Below, one piece after another: positions 28,494 to 37,550 of a stretch of DNA of 64,000 nucleotides; the stretch's first letter is position 1; every line of letters begins with the position of its first letter. The stretch spans positions 4,370 through 68,369 of the forward strand of contig CAZNDH010000007.1 of assembly GCA_964571765.1 (NCBI GenBank), in the 5' to 3' direction. The translations under genes and the position numbers were made by a program. Under the pieces are notes generated by a model. It searched no databases, was not told the origin of the DNA, and saw only the letters and a program-made list of their open reading frames with translations. This DNA comes from an uncultured Acidimicrobiaceae bacterium (GTDB taxonomy: Bacteria > Actinomycetota > Acidimicrobiia > Spongiisociales > ZC4RG35).

Positions 28494-30253
28494 GCGATCG
28501 CTATTCAACCGCCACGGTGATCAGGAGGGCGTTGAGCGAGGCTCCAGCCCTGCGTCAGGGGCTCCGCTTGACCCTGGTCCTCGCCATGACCGGTCAGGCG
28601 GTCACCGTGATAACTCCGATCGTCCTCCAGCAGATAATCGATGCCGACCTCCTCGGCTCAGGACCACTCGATGTCGGGTCGGTCCTGTGGAAGGCGTCGG
28701 TGGCGCTGGCCGCGCTGGTAGTCGGTGTGTTCGTGGGGCGGATGGCTCTGCTGCGTCTGGTGATGACCTCCTCGACCGGGCTGTCCGACCTGCGCACCAA
28801 GACATTCATGCACATCCTTCGCCAGTCTGTTCTACATGTGCAGGCTGAGCGGAGGGGGAACCTGGTGTCCCGGGTGACCTCCGATATCACAACTATCCAG
28901 GAGTTCATGGAGTGGGGTGGGGTGGGGCTGATCATCGCCACCAGCCAGGTGATCCTGGCCACCACGGTGATGACCGTCTACGAGTGGCGTCTGGCGGTGA
29001 TCGCCGTGGCCGGCGTTGCCATCTACATGACGATGATGCGCTGGTTCCAATTGATCCTTGCCCGCAACTACGACAGGGTCCGGGCCGAAGTGGGATCCTC
29101 TCTGGGGGTCCTCAGCGAGTCCATCACCGCCATCCCGGTGGTCCGGGCCTACGGCACGGAGGAGCGGACCAAGGCCAAAGTGGCCGAGGCCCTCGACCGG
29201 CGCTTCTGGGCGGAGTTTCGCACCGCACGCTTTGGCAACGTCCTCTTCTCCACCGCGGAGATCTTCGCCGGCGCCCTCACCGCGGTGCTGGTGGCGGCGG
29301 GCATATGGATCGGCGTCAACATGGGAATGTCAGCAGGGACCCTGGTCGCCTTCCTCTTCCTGGCAAACCTCCTCATCGAGCCGCTGCAGATCGTGGTGGA
29401 AACCCTCGACTTCGCCCAATCGGCGGCTTCGGGGCTCCGCAGGATTCTCGGTGTCCTCGACGGCGAGATCGAGATCCAGGAGCCTGAAGAACCCCGGTCC
29501 CTGCGCCCCGGAGGCCTCAGCGCCAGATTCGATCGGGTCAGCTACTCCTACCCCGAAGGCCCTGAGGTGCTCTCCGGGGTGACCGTCGATATCCCGGTGG
29601 GTGCCCGCGTCGCCGTGGTCGGGGAGACCGGGTCGGGCAAGACCACCTTCGCCAAGCTGCTGGTCAGGCTGATCGATCCCAGCTCCGGGTCGGTGATCAT
29701 CGGGGGTGTCCATGCTCCCAACATCAGGCTCTCCGAGCTCCGTTCCCGGGTGGGTTTCGTCCCCCAGGAGGGTTTTCTCTTCGACGACACTGTCGCCAAC
29801 AACGTCAGGTACGGGCGTCCCGAGGCCGACGACGCCGAGATCTTCACCGCCTTCCACGAGCTGGGGATCGGCGACTGGGTGGAGAGCCTCCCCAACGGCC
29901 TCGAGACCCGGACCGGGGAGCGAGGAAGCAACCTCTCGGCGGGTGAGCGCCAACTTGTCGCCTTGGTGAGGGCGTGGATCGCCTCGCCCGACCTGCTTGT
30001 GCTCGACGAGGCGACATCGGCCGTCGACCCTGCCCTCGACGTCGCCCTTCGCCACGCCATCGGCAGGCTCACCGAGCGGCGCACCTCGGTGACCATCGCC
30101 CACCGCTTGTCCACCGCCGAGAGCGCCGACGAAGTGCTGGTATTCGACCGGGGCAAGCTGGTGGAGCGGGGACCCCACACCGACCTTCTCGCCAGGGACG
30201 GGGTATACCGCGCGCTGTACGCCGACTGGGCTGCCGGCACCAAGACCGTCTAG
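28490..30253 (+). CDS. ABC exporter subunit (fused TMD-NBD), canonical Walker B, deviant signature LSAGERQ
   Basis: ATG 28490 overlaps the upstream stop (ATGA). Walker A GETGSGKTT, Walker B LVLDEATS. The track ORF start 27899 lies inside the upstream gene. Confidence 0.92.
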   Translation: MSDRYSTATVIRRALSEAPALRQGLRLTLVLAMTGQAVTVITPIVLQQIIDADLLGSGPLDVGSVLWKASVALAALVVGVFVGRMALLRLVMTSSTGLSDLRTKTFMHILRQSVLHVQAERRGNLVSRVTSDITTIQEFMEWGGVGLIIATSQVILATTVMTVYEWRLAVIAVAGVAIYMTMMRWFQLILARNYDRVRAEVGSSLGVLSESITAIPVVRAYGTEERTKAKVAEALDRRFWAEFRTARFGNVLFSTAEIFAGALTAVLVAAGIWIGVNMGMSAGTLVAFLFLANLLIEPLQIVVETLDFAQSAASGLRRILGVLDGEIEIQEPEEPRSLRPGGLSARFDRVSYSYPEGPEVLSGVTVDIPVGARVAVVGETGSGKTTFAKLLVRLIDPSSGSVIIGGVHAPNIRLSELRSRVGFVPQEGFLFDDTVANNVRYGRPEADDAEIFTAFHELGIGDWVESLPNGLETRTGERGSNLSAGERQLVALVRAWIASPDLLVLDEATSAVDPALDVALRHAIGRLTERRTSVTIAHRLSTAESADEVLVFDRGKLVERGPHTDLLARDGVYRALYADWAAGTKTV

Positions 30254-30337
30254 GTACCGGCCAGGTCCCGCTTCCACGGCCCATGGGCGATAACCGGCCT
30301 AGCCGGCGTGGTCGAAAGGCAGGTTGGGGCACGATGT

Positions 30338-31210
30338 CTACTCCGGAGGGTGGTGGCGAGCCTTGGTGAAGGTGCCGGCACTGACCTCGATCTCCCAGAT
30401 CGAGCCCTTGGGCACAAGCATCTTCGACTCGAGCTTGGTGCCTCTGGCAAGAAGGGCCTCCAGGGCGATGCCGACCACGTCTCCATGGGTGCACACCACG
30501 GCGTTGTCCCCGGCCAAAGAGTCGAAGAGCTCGAGCAGCCGGTCTGGAGTCACACCCTCGACGAGCCGTTCGTCTCGCTCGGTGCGGGCCCGTGTCGCCT
30601 TGGAGAGGGGAGCCACCGTCTCTACGCACCGGGCGAAAGGTGAGCTGACCACCCGTTCCACTCCCTGCCCGGCGAGGAGGGCAGCGATGGAAGCTGCCTG
30701 ACGTCGCCCCTCCTTGGTGAGGGGTCGGTCCCGGTCCTTACCCTTCCACTTCCTCCGCTCCCCGGCGAGACCGTGCCGCACCAGCCAGATGGTGCCCGTT
30801 CCTAGGAGATTGTCGATGTCGGCGCCGTCGATCAGCCGCCTATCGTTGTCGTAGTCGACCAGCTTTCTGGCCGCGCTGGGGGACAGCCACCGGATGCGGT
30901 CGATCTCGGAGTTCTTGGAAAAGCCCGGGCTGTCGGGCAGGGGGCGCATGGCGAACCAGTCGACCTCCTTGACGCCGCTCCCCACCTTGTGTCGGGTGGT
31001 GTCGAGGGGGGCGATCACCCGGCAGTGGTACCCGGTCTCCTCGAGCACCTCGCGGATCGCCGCTGCTTCCGAGCTCTCCTCTCGATCCAGCTTGCCCTTG
31101 GGCAGGGCCCAGTCGTCGTACGAGGGACGATGTGCCACCAAGAGCCTCACCTTTCCCTTGGGGGTCTTCCGGAGGACGAGACCACCGGCTGCTCTGATCA
31201 CCCGGGCCAC
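30338..31210 (-). CDS. Nudix hydrolase fused to histidine-phosphatase domain (mycobacterial MutT1-like architecture)
   Basis: Nudix box GKLDREESSEAAAIREVLEETGY, then IWLVRHGLAGER (RHG motif) in the C-terminal half. GTG start. Confidence 0.85.
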   Translation of the reverse strand: MARVIRAAGGLVLRKTPKGKVRLLVAHRPSYDDWALPKGKLDREESSEAAAIREVLEETGYHCRVIAPLDTTRHKVGSGVKEVDWFAMRPLPDSPGFSKNSEIDRIRWLSPSAARKLVDYDNDRRLIDGADIDNLLGTGTIWLVRHGLAGERRKWKGKDRDRPLTKEGRRQAASIAALLAGQGVERVVSSPFARCVETVAPLSKATRARTERDERLVEGVTPDRLLELFDSLAGDNAVVCTHGDVVGIALEALLARGTKLESKMLVPKGSIWEIEVSAGTFTKARHHPPE

Positions 31211-31217
31211 CGACGGC

Positions 31218-31223
31218 AGGGTA
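31218..31223 (-). promoter_or_regulatory. -10 box, leaderless MutT1-like gene
   Basis: TTTACCCTGC context (minus strand, also seen at serB). TACCCT is 7 nt before GTG 31210. Confidence 0.55.
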
Positions 31224-31238
31224 AAGCCTGGTGACGGT

Positions 31239-31478
31239 CTATGAGCCGGCGACCTCGTTCGCCCGTGGCTCCCATGCCGGGACCGATCTCCGGTGTGCTC
31301 CGGTGAGGTCGATGGTGACCGCCGAGCAGGTTTGGCACACCCGTCGATCTATCCCCGCTCCGATGTGCCGGCCCTCTCCGAAGTCATGGAGGCCCTTGCG
31401 ACAGTCCGACTTGCGGTGCCTCCGGGGCTCACCCTCAGAAACGGGATCACTCACAGTGGTCAGCGTAGATTTTGCCAT
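31239..31478 (-). CDS. small Cys/His-containing hypothetical protein (79 aa)
   Basis: ATG 31478 preceded by GGGAGAG, 28 nt downstream of the E1 stop. Motif C-x5-H...CQTC. Coding-like codon bias. No family recognised. Confidence 0.4.
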   Translation of the reverse strand: MAKSTLTTVSDPVSEGEPRRHRKSDCRKGLHDFGEGRHIGAGIDRRVCQTCSAVTIDLTGAHRRSVPAWEPRANEVAGS

Positions 31479-31506
31479 CTCTCCCACCAAGGACCCTGAG
31501 TGGTTG

Positions 31507-33624
31507 TCAGCCGCTGAGAGCGCTAGAGATGCCGCTGAGTATCCGGTCGACATCTACCAGGGCGTGCTTCTCGATGGCGAACTGCGGCCAGGGAACGTCG
31601 AACCCGGTGACCCGGACGATCGGTGAGTGGAGGTCGTACAGAGCCTCCTCGGCGACGACCGCGGCCACATCTGCAGCCACCCCGGCAGTGCCCTGGGGCT
31701 CCTGGACGAGCAGCAGCCGCCCGGTGCGGCGCACCGACTCGAGCACCGTCTCCCGGTCCCAGGGGAACAGGGTGCGCAGGTCGATCACCTCGACCGACGC
31801 CCCGGATCGCTCGACGGCCGCCACCGAGACCGGGACCATGCCCCCATAGGTGACCAGTGTCAGTTCGTCGCCGGGAAGGCGAATCCGAGCCCTGCCGATG
31901 GGGAGGGTGTAGTGATCGACGGGCACCTCTTCTCGGCCGGCCCGGTAAAGCACCTTGGGCTCGAGGAAGATCACCGGATCCTCGCCTTCCAGGGAAGCCG
32001 CCAGAAGGCCTTTGGCGTCCCGGGGGCTGGAAGGGCAGATCACCACCAGGCCGGGGGCGTGGACGAAGTAGGCCTCCGGGGAGTCACAGTGGTGTTCGTG
32101 AGCCCCGATTCCGGCACCGTTGGGCATGCGGACCACCACCGGCGCCGAGGCGTGCCCTCTCGTCCTGAATCGGAACCTACCCAGATGGCTGACTATCTGG
32201 TCGAAGGCGGGGTAGACGAAGCCATCGAACTGGATCTCGGCGATGGGCCGCGCTCCGGCGAGGGCCATTCCTACCGCGGTTCCCACGATTCCCGACTCGT
32301 TGAGTGGGGTATCGACCACCCGATCCGGGCCGAACGCAGAGAGCAGACCCTCGGTGATCCGAAAGACCCCGCCGGCAGTGGCCACATCCTCGCCGAGGAC
32401 GATGGTCCGTGGGTCGGACTCCATCGCCTGGTGAAGGGTGACGTTGATCGCCTCGGCCATGTTCATCGACTCGGTGGGTCCGTCAGGGATGCGATCGTGA
32501 CCCACCCGCCACACCTCATGGTCGTCGAAGTGGGTCTCTGGCTCGCCATGTGCCCGCTGCATGGCATGAAGCTGGTCGACGACGTGTCGGGGGATCCGGG
32601 TGAACCCGTGTCTCACTGTGTCGTCCCGGCCGGGAAGGGGCTGAGCCTCGATGGAGGTTATCGCCGCGTTGACCGCGTCGGTGACCTCCATGGCGACCTT
32701 CTCCCCGGTGCGCTCGTCCCACTCGCCCCGGTTCTGGAGGAAGCGGCGGAGCCGGTCGATAGGGTCCTTCGCCCGCCACTCGTCGACCTCCTCGGCTGAC
32801 CGGTAGAGGGTGGGATCGTCGGCGGTGGCGTGAGGCCCGTAGCGGTAGGTCATCGCCTCGATCAATGTCGGTCCCCCTCCGGTCCTGGCCTTGGCGGCGG
32901 CGTCACGAGTGGCCAGGTAGACAGCAACCGGATCCATGCCGTCCACCCTGACTCCTTCGAACCCATAGGCCTCCGCCTTCTGGGCGATGGTCTCCGAGGC
33001 GGTCTGTTGGTGATAGGGGACCGAGATGGCGTACAGGTTGTTGGCGCAGATGAAAACGGTGGGCGTCTTCCATACCCCGGCGAAGTTCATCCCCGAGTGG
33101 AAGTCGCCTTCGGATGTCGCCCCGTCTCCGAAGTACACCGCGGTGACCTTGTCCCCCTCCCGGAGTCTGGTGTAGTAGGAGTATCCGACGGCATGGGGGA
33201 GTTGGCTGGCGATGGGCACGGTGACGATCCCGGTCCGGTACTTCTCCATGTCCCAACCGGCGTTGGGAAGGCCCTTCCAGTAGGCGAGCAGCACCTCCAT
33301 GGGCAGCCCTCGGGTGACTTGTACCCCGTGCTCCCGGTAGGACGGGAAGACGAAGTCATCGGGATCGAGGGCCAGGGCCGATCCTATCTGGACGGCCTCC
33401 TGACCTTCGAGCATGGCGTAGGTGCCAATCCTCCCCTGACGCTGCAGAGCGAGCATCCTTCGATCCAGCTCACGGGCGAGGACCATGTTGCGGTACATGA
33501 GCTGGTAGAGCTCGGGATCGAGACCCGGATCGGCGCCGACCAGGTCACCCTGAGCGTCGATTGTCTGCAGAGTTCCGAATCGATTGATGCTCGGGAGTCT
33601 GCCATAAGGACCGCTGCTCCGCAG
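31507..33624 (-). CDS. 2-oxoacid (pyruvate/branched-chain) dehydrogenase E1 component, fused alpha and beta subunits
   Basis: The alpha part has TPP motif GDGATSEGDFHSGMNFA. The beta part starts at MNMAEAINV (ATG 32466) with no intervening stop. The 5' end is unresolved: 33624 is a CTG, and the first canonical in-frame start is ATG 33498. Confidence 0.85.
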   Translation of the reverse strand: MRSSGPYGRLPSINRFGTLQTIDAQGDLVGADPGLDPELYQLMYRNMVLARELDRRMLALQRQGRIGTYAMLEGQEAVQIGSALALDPDDFVFPSYREHGVQVTRGLPMEVLLAYWKGLPNAGWDMEKYRTGIVTVPIASQLPHAVGYSYYTRLREGDKVTAVYFGDGATSEGDFHSGMNFAGVWKTPTVFICANNLYAISVPYHQQTASETIAQKAEAYGFEGVRVDGMDPVAVYLATRDAAAKARTGGGPTLIEAMTYRYGPHATADDPTLYRSAEEVDEWRAKDPIDRLRRFLQNRGEWDERTGEKVAMEVTDAVNAAITSIEAQPLPGRDDTVRHGFTRIPRHVVDQLHAMQRAHGEPETHFDDHEVWRVGHDRIPDGPTESMNMAEAINVTLHQAMESDPRTIVLGEDVATAGGVFRITEGLLSAFGPDRVVDTPLNESGIVGTAVGMALAGARPIAEIQFDGFVYPAFDQIVSHLGRFRFRTRGHASAPVVVRMPNGAGIGAHEHHCDSPEAYFVHAPGLVVICPSSPRDAKGLLAASLEGEDPVIFLEPKVLYRAGREEVPVDHYTLPIGRARIRLPGDELTLVTYGGMVPVSVAAVERSGASVEVIDLRTLFPWDRETVLESVRRTGRLLLVQEPQGTAGVAADVAAVVAEEALYDLHSPIVRVTGFDVPWPQFAIEKHALVDVDRILSGISSALSG

Positions 33625-33747
33625 CCGCGTACCGCCGGCTAATGCCTCCGCTTCCCGGGGCGATGAGGCCGGCCCGCGTCCCCAGCGCCTTCTTTGCTCG
33701 TGTCTCGCCCTTCGGTCTGGTGGTACCTGCGCCGCCCGGGGCGACGG

Positions 33748-33753
33748 TACGGT
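33748..33753 (+). promoter_or_regulatory. -10 box, leaderless hisC
   Basis: TACGGT, 6 nt before GTG 33760. Confidence 0.5.
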
Positions 33754-33759
33754 TACCCG

Positions 33760-34854
33760 GTGCCACTCCTCAGACCCGAGATCGATGCCTTGGCGGTGTA
33801 CGAGGTCGGCCGACCCATCGAGGATGTGGTCAGGGAACACGGGATCGACCCTGGCGAACTGGTCAAGCTCACCGCCAACGAGAGCCCTGAGGGCCCGTTC
33901 CCCGGTGTGGTCGAAGCGGTGGCCGAGGCGGTCGCTCGGGCGAACCGGTATCCCGACAACCAGGTCTGGGACCTGGGCGGACGGCTCGCCGAACATCTCG
34001 CAGTGGATCGGGCCAACCTGCTCTTCGGCAACGGGAGCACCGCGTTGATCACTGACTTCGCCTCGGCAGTGGGCGGGCCGGGCACCTCGATCGTCTACCC
34101 GTGGCCCAGCTTCATAATTTACCGATTCGCCGCGGTGTGGGCGGGCAGTGAGTCACGTGAGGTCCGCCTCGACCGCGCCTTGCGTGTCGACCTCGAGGCC
34201 TTGGGCTCGGCCATTGGCAGCCAAACCCGCCTGGTGTTCTTATGCAACCCGAACAATCCCACCGGCACCATCACGGGGGGTGACCAGGTCGAGGACTTCA
34301 TTCGGTCAGTACCAGACAGGGTCCTCGTCGTGGTCGACGAGGCCTATGCCGAGTTCGTCGAGGCCCCGAGCTTCAGGAGCGCCATCGACCTCTCTCGGGA
34401 GCTCCCCAATGTGGTGGTCCTGCGCACATTCTCAAAGATCTATGCCCTTGCCGGCCAACGCATCGGGTATGCCATCGGGCGGCCGGAGACACTCGCCGGG
34501 CTGCGTAAGGCGCAGCAGCCCCTGACGGTCAACCGCGCCGCCCAGGCGGCCGCTGCCGTCTCGCTGGGCCAGACCGAGGAGTTGGCCAGGCGGGTCCGTG
34601 ACAATGCCGCTGGTCGCCACCATCTGGTGGGAGCAATCGAGGAGCGGGGACTCACTCAGGCGGAGAGTCACACCAACTTCGTCTTCTTCCGGTTGCCCGG
34701 CGAGGACTCCAAGGTCTACGCCGAGATGTTCACCAGGACGGGTGTGCTGGTCCGCCCGATGTCGGGTGGCTGGATGCGGGTCACCGTTGGCTCACCAAAT
34801 GAGAATCGGCGATTCGTCGCGGCACTCGATCGGGTTATCGACGAGGCCGGATGA
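33760..34854 (+). CDS. hisC: histidinol-phosphate aminotransferase
   Basis: PLP-lysine motif TFSKIYALAGQRIGY and N-terminus VPLLRPEIDALAVYEVG. Trimmed to GTG 33760 by homology pattern and -10 geometry. Confidence 0.9.
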   Translation: MPLLRPEIDALAVYEVGRPIEDVVREHGIDPGELVKLTANESPEGPFPGVVEAVAEAVARANRYPDNQVWDLGGRLAEHLAVDRANLLFGNGSTALITDFASAVGGPGTSIVYPWPSFIIYRFAAVWAGSESREVRLDRALRVDLEALGSAIGSQTRLVFLCNPNNPTGTITGGDQVEDFIRSVPDRVLVVVDEAYAEFVEAPSFRSAIDLSRELPNVVVLRTFSKIYALAGQRIGYAIGRPETLAGLRKAQQPLTVNRAAQAAAAVSLGQTEELARRVRDNAAGRHHLVGAIEERGLTQAESHTNFVFFRLPGEDSKVYAEMFTRTGVLVRPMSGGWMRVTVGSPNENRRFVAALDRVIDEAG

Positions 34855-34922
34855 TTTTGTGTTGGCCCAGATCGCGGCGACGATTCGCCGATCAGCGGTG
34901 ACATCTCCCCCCAGGTGACCAA

Positions 34923-37529
34923 TTGAAGACCCTGGCCACGTCCATGGCCGCGGTGGCGCGACGCGCCCCCTGGGCGGTCATCGCAGTCACCCTGGCGCTA
35001 ACCGGTGTCTTCGGGTATTTCTCCGGGCGGGTGACCGTGGCCTCTGGCAACGAGGGCTTCGCCCCCGAAGGACGGGAAATCGCCGCCTCCGAAAGGATCG
35101 GAGAGAAGTTCGGCCAGGAGACCTCCGAGTCGACGCTACAGGTCCTGATCCTCTCCGAAGAGGGTGATGTGATCACCGTGGATGGGTTGCGGGTGGCTTC
35201 GTCGGTGGTCTCCACCGTTAGGGCCTCGGCGGTGGGTCCGAGGATCGGTGATCGCGCCGACCGTCCCGGTGCCTTCCACTTCCTTGGCCTCGTCGAGCAG
35301 GAGATGGTGGCCAGAGGCCTGACCATCGAAGACATGTCCGACCAGATGGTCAAGGAGATTTACGCCGAGGCCCTCGACGGGGACGGCCAAGGCGACGCCC
35401 TCCCCGAGCAGGCCTCGTTCATCGCCCGGCTGGTCTCCGAGGACTACGACCCGGTGGCGGTCACCGCATCGGGGGGGATGGCTCTGGCATTCGTCGGGGC
35501 ATTCGACGGAAGTGCCGAAGAGGCCTTCAACGCTCAGGTCGATGCGGAGAAGGAGATGGCGGCCGATCTCGGCGCCATCGACAGCGACCTGGCGATCCGA
35601 CCTTTCTCCTTCTTCCTGCTCCTGACCGGGGTCGACGACTTCACCGCCGAGGTCGGCCGGCTGTTCGCCCTTGCTTTCGTAGTGATCCTGGGAATCCTGC
35701 TCATCGTCTACTGGCTGCCCCCGGGTCGTGGCGGCAGCCGCTTTGCCTCGGCTCGTCGCACTGTCACCGACACCCTGATCACACTGTTCACCATCCTGCT
35801 CGCCGTGGCCTGGATGCAGGGCATCGGCTACCTGTTGGAGCGGGTCGGGGTCATCGATGCCTTCTCGGCGCCCACCCAGATCGTCCCCATCCTTCTCATC
35901 GGGCTTGGTGTGGACTTCGCCATCCACCTCACCTCTCGCTACCGGGAGGAGGTCGGTGCCGGCGGAAGCGTCGACCAGTCGGTGACCCGGGCGGTGAGCA
36001 CGGTGGGTGTTGCCCTGGCGCTGGCCACGGTGACCACGGTGATCGGGTTCCTCACCAACATCTTCAACCCGGTCCCAGCCCTGAAGGACTTCGGGATCCT
36101 CGCCGCGGTGGGGATCGCGGTGGCCTTCGTGCTCATGCTGATGTTCGTCCCGTCGGTGCGTCTGATCGCCGATCGCCGTGCCGAGGCCAGGGGAAGGCTC
36201 CCAGTCGGCTCGCTGAGGAGCCACGGCGACCGCCTCCTCCCCCGGATCATGGAGAAGCTAGCGCTCCTCGCCGAGAGGGCACCGACTGCCACCCTGGCAG
36301 TTGCCCTGCTCCTCGGAGGGGCGGGCTACTACGGATTCAGCCAGTTGGAGACCCGGTTCTCGTTCACCGACTTCCTCCCCGAGGACTCCGAGTACGTGTC
36401 CACCCTGGAGTTGCTGGCCACCGAGTTCGGTGGAGGCTTCGGCGAGCAGACCCAAGTTCTGGTGGAGGCGACACCAGAGGGGGGACTCGACGCGTCGACA
36501 CACAACGCCCTGGTGGCGACGAACACCGGGCTCGCCGGGATCCCCGACGTCTCCATCATCGAGTCGCCCGAGGGGCGCTTCGCCAACGCCAATTCCCCGC
36601 TGGGCCTCCTCGGCCAACTCCTCGCCGGCGGTCCGGAGGCAACGCACCCCGAGCTTCTCGCCGCGGTCACAGACGTGGGGCTGAGGCCGGACCTCACGGT
36701 GGCCCCAGGGGCCGACGTCGAGGCCCTCTACCGGACGATCACCGAGATCGCCCCGGAGGGGGCGGCGAGGACCATCCACTTTGCAGGAGGGCGGCTCGAC
36801 GCTTTGCTCTGGGACATCACCACAACCGCCGGTGAGGAGGTTGGGGACCTGAGGTCGGGGCTCGACAGCGCCTTCGACTCGGTACGGGCCACCGGGGCCT
36901 CGGCCATCGCCGTCTCGGAGAACATCATCGGAGACGTCATCGTGAGGGAGCTGACCGACTCACAGGCGCGATCGCTGTTCATCACCATTGCGGTGTCAGG
37001 CCTGGTCCTGGTGGTCAGCTTCTACCTGGAGTCGAGGCGCTGGTTCCTGGGAGTGATCACCATTGCCCCGGTGGGCTTGGTCGTCCTGTGGACCTACGGG
37101 TTGATGTACGCCTCCGGGATCCCATTCGGGCCGGTCACCGCCACCCTGGCGGCCCTGTCGATCGGGATCGGGGTCCCCTTCACCATCCACATCGCCCGCC
37201 GCTTCCAGGAGGCGCGGCGGTCCTACGCCGGGCTCGACGAGGCGCTGCGCTCCACCATGAGGCACACCGGTGGGGCCCTCGCCGGTTCAGCTCTGACCAC
37301 CATGGCGGGATTTGGCATTCTGATGACCGCCAGCCTGGTGCCATTCCGCCAGATGGGCCAGGTGACGGTATACGCGATCGGCCTCGCCCTGGTGGCCTCG
37401 GTGATGGTGCTCCCCTCCCTGCTCGCCCTGTGGGACCGCTACCACCGTCGACGGGGAGACGACCGGATAGGGGCCGACATCATCGTCCCGCCTGTCCCAG
37501 CGGGAGGCGGCCGATCCGACCACAATTGA
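34923..37529 (+). CDS. MMPL/RND-superfamily membrane transporter
   Basis: 868 aa. Two 6-TM bundles, each preceded by a large extracytoplasmic domain. Typical MMPL layout. Confidence 0.88.
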   Translation: MKTLATSMAAVARRAPWAVIAVTLALTGVFGYFSGRVTVASGNEGFAPEGREIAASERIGEKFGQETSESTLQVLILSEEGDVITVDGLRVASSVVSTVRASAVGPRIGDRADRPGAFHFLGLVEQEMVARGLTIEDMSDQMVKEIYAEALDGDGQGDALPEQASFIARLVSEDYDPVAVTASGGMALAFVGAFDGSAEEAFNAQVDAEKEMAADLGAIDSDLAIRPFSFFLLLTGVDDFTAEVGRLFALAFVVILGILLIVYWLPPGRGGSRFASARRTVTDTLITLFTILLAVAWMQGIGYLLERVGVIDAFSAPTQIVPILLIGLGVDFAIHLTSRYREEVGAGGSVDQSVTRAVSTVGVALALATVTTVIGFLTNIFNPVPALKDFGILAAVGIAVAFVLMLMFVPSVRLIADRRAEARGRLPVGSLRSHGDRLLPRIMEKLALLAERAPTATLAVALLLGGAGYYGFSQLETRFSFTDFLPEDSEYVSTLELLATEFGGGFGEQTQVLVEATPEGGLDASTHNALVATNTGLAGIPDVSIIESPEGRFANANSPLGLLGQLLAGGPEATHPELLAAVTDVGLRPDLTVAPGADVEALYRTITEIAPEGAARTIHFAGGRLDALLWDITTTAGEEVGDLRSGLDSAFDSVRATGASAIAVSENIIGDVIVRELTDSQARSLFITIAVSGLVLVVSFYLESRRWFLGVITIAPVGLVVLWTYGLMYASGIPFGPVTATLAALSIGIGVPFTIHIARRFQEARRSYAGLDEALRSTMRHTGGALAGSALTTMAGFGILMTASLVPFRQMGQVTVYAIGLALVASVMVLPSLLALWDRYHRRRGDDRIGADIIVPPVPAGGGRSDHN

Positions 37530-37550
37530 CCGCAGGGGTCCGATGCCCCG

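Noticed and set aside
33625-33996. Using the track start (33996) for the E1 alpha/beta gene
   Set aside because: The extra 124 residues are antisense to the hisC 5' region, have no similarity to E1 proteins, and would overlap the hisC promoter and start.
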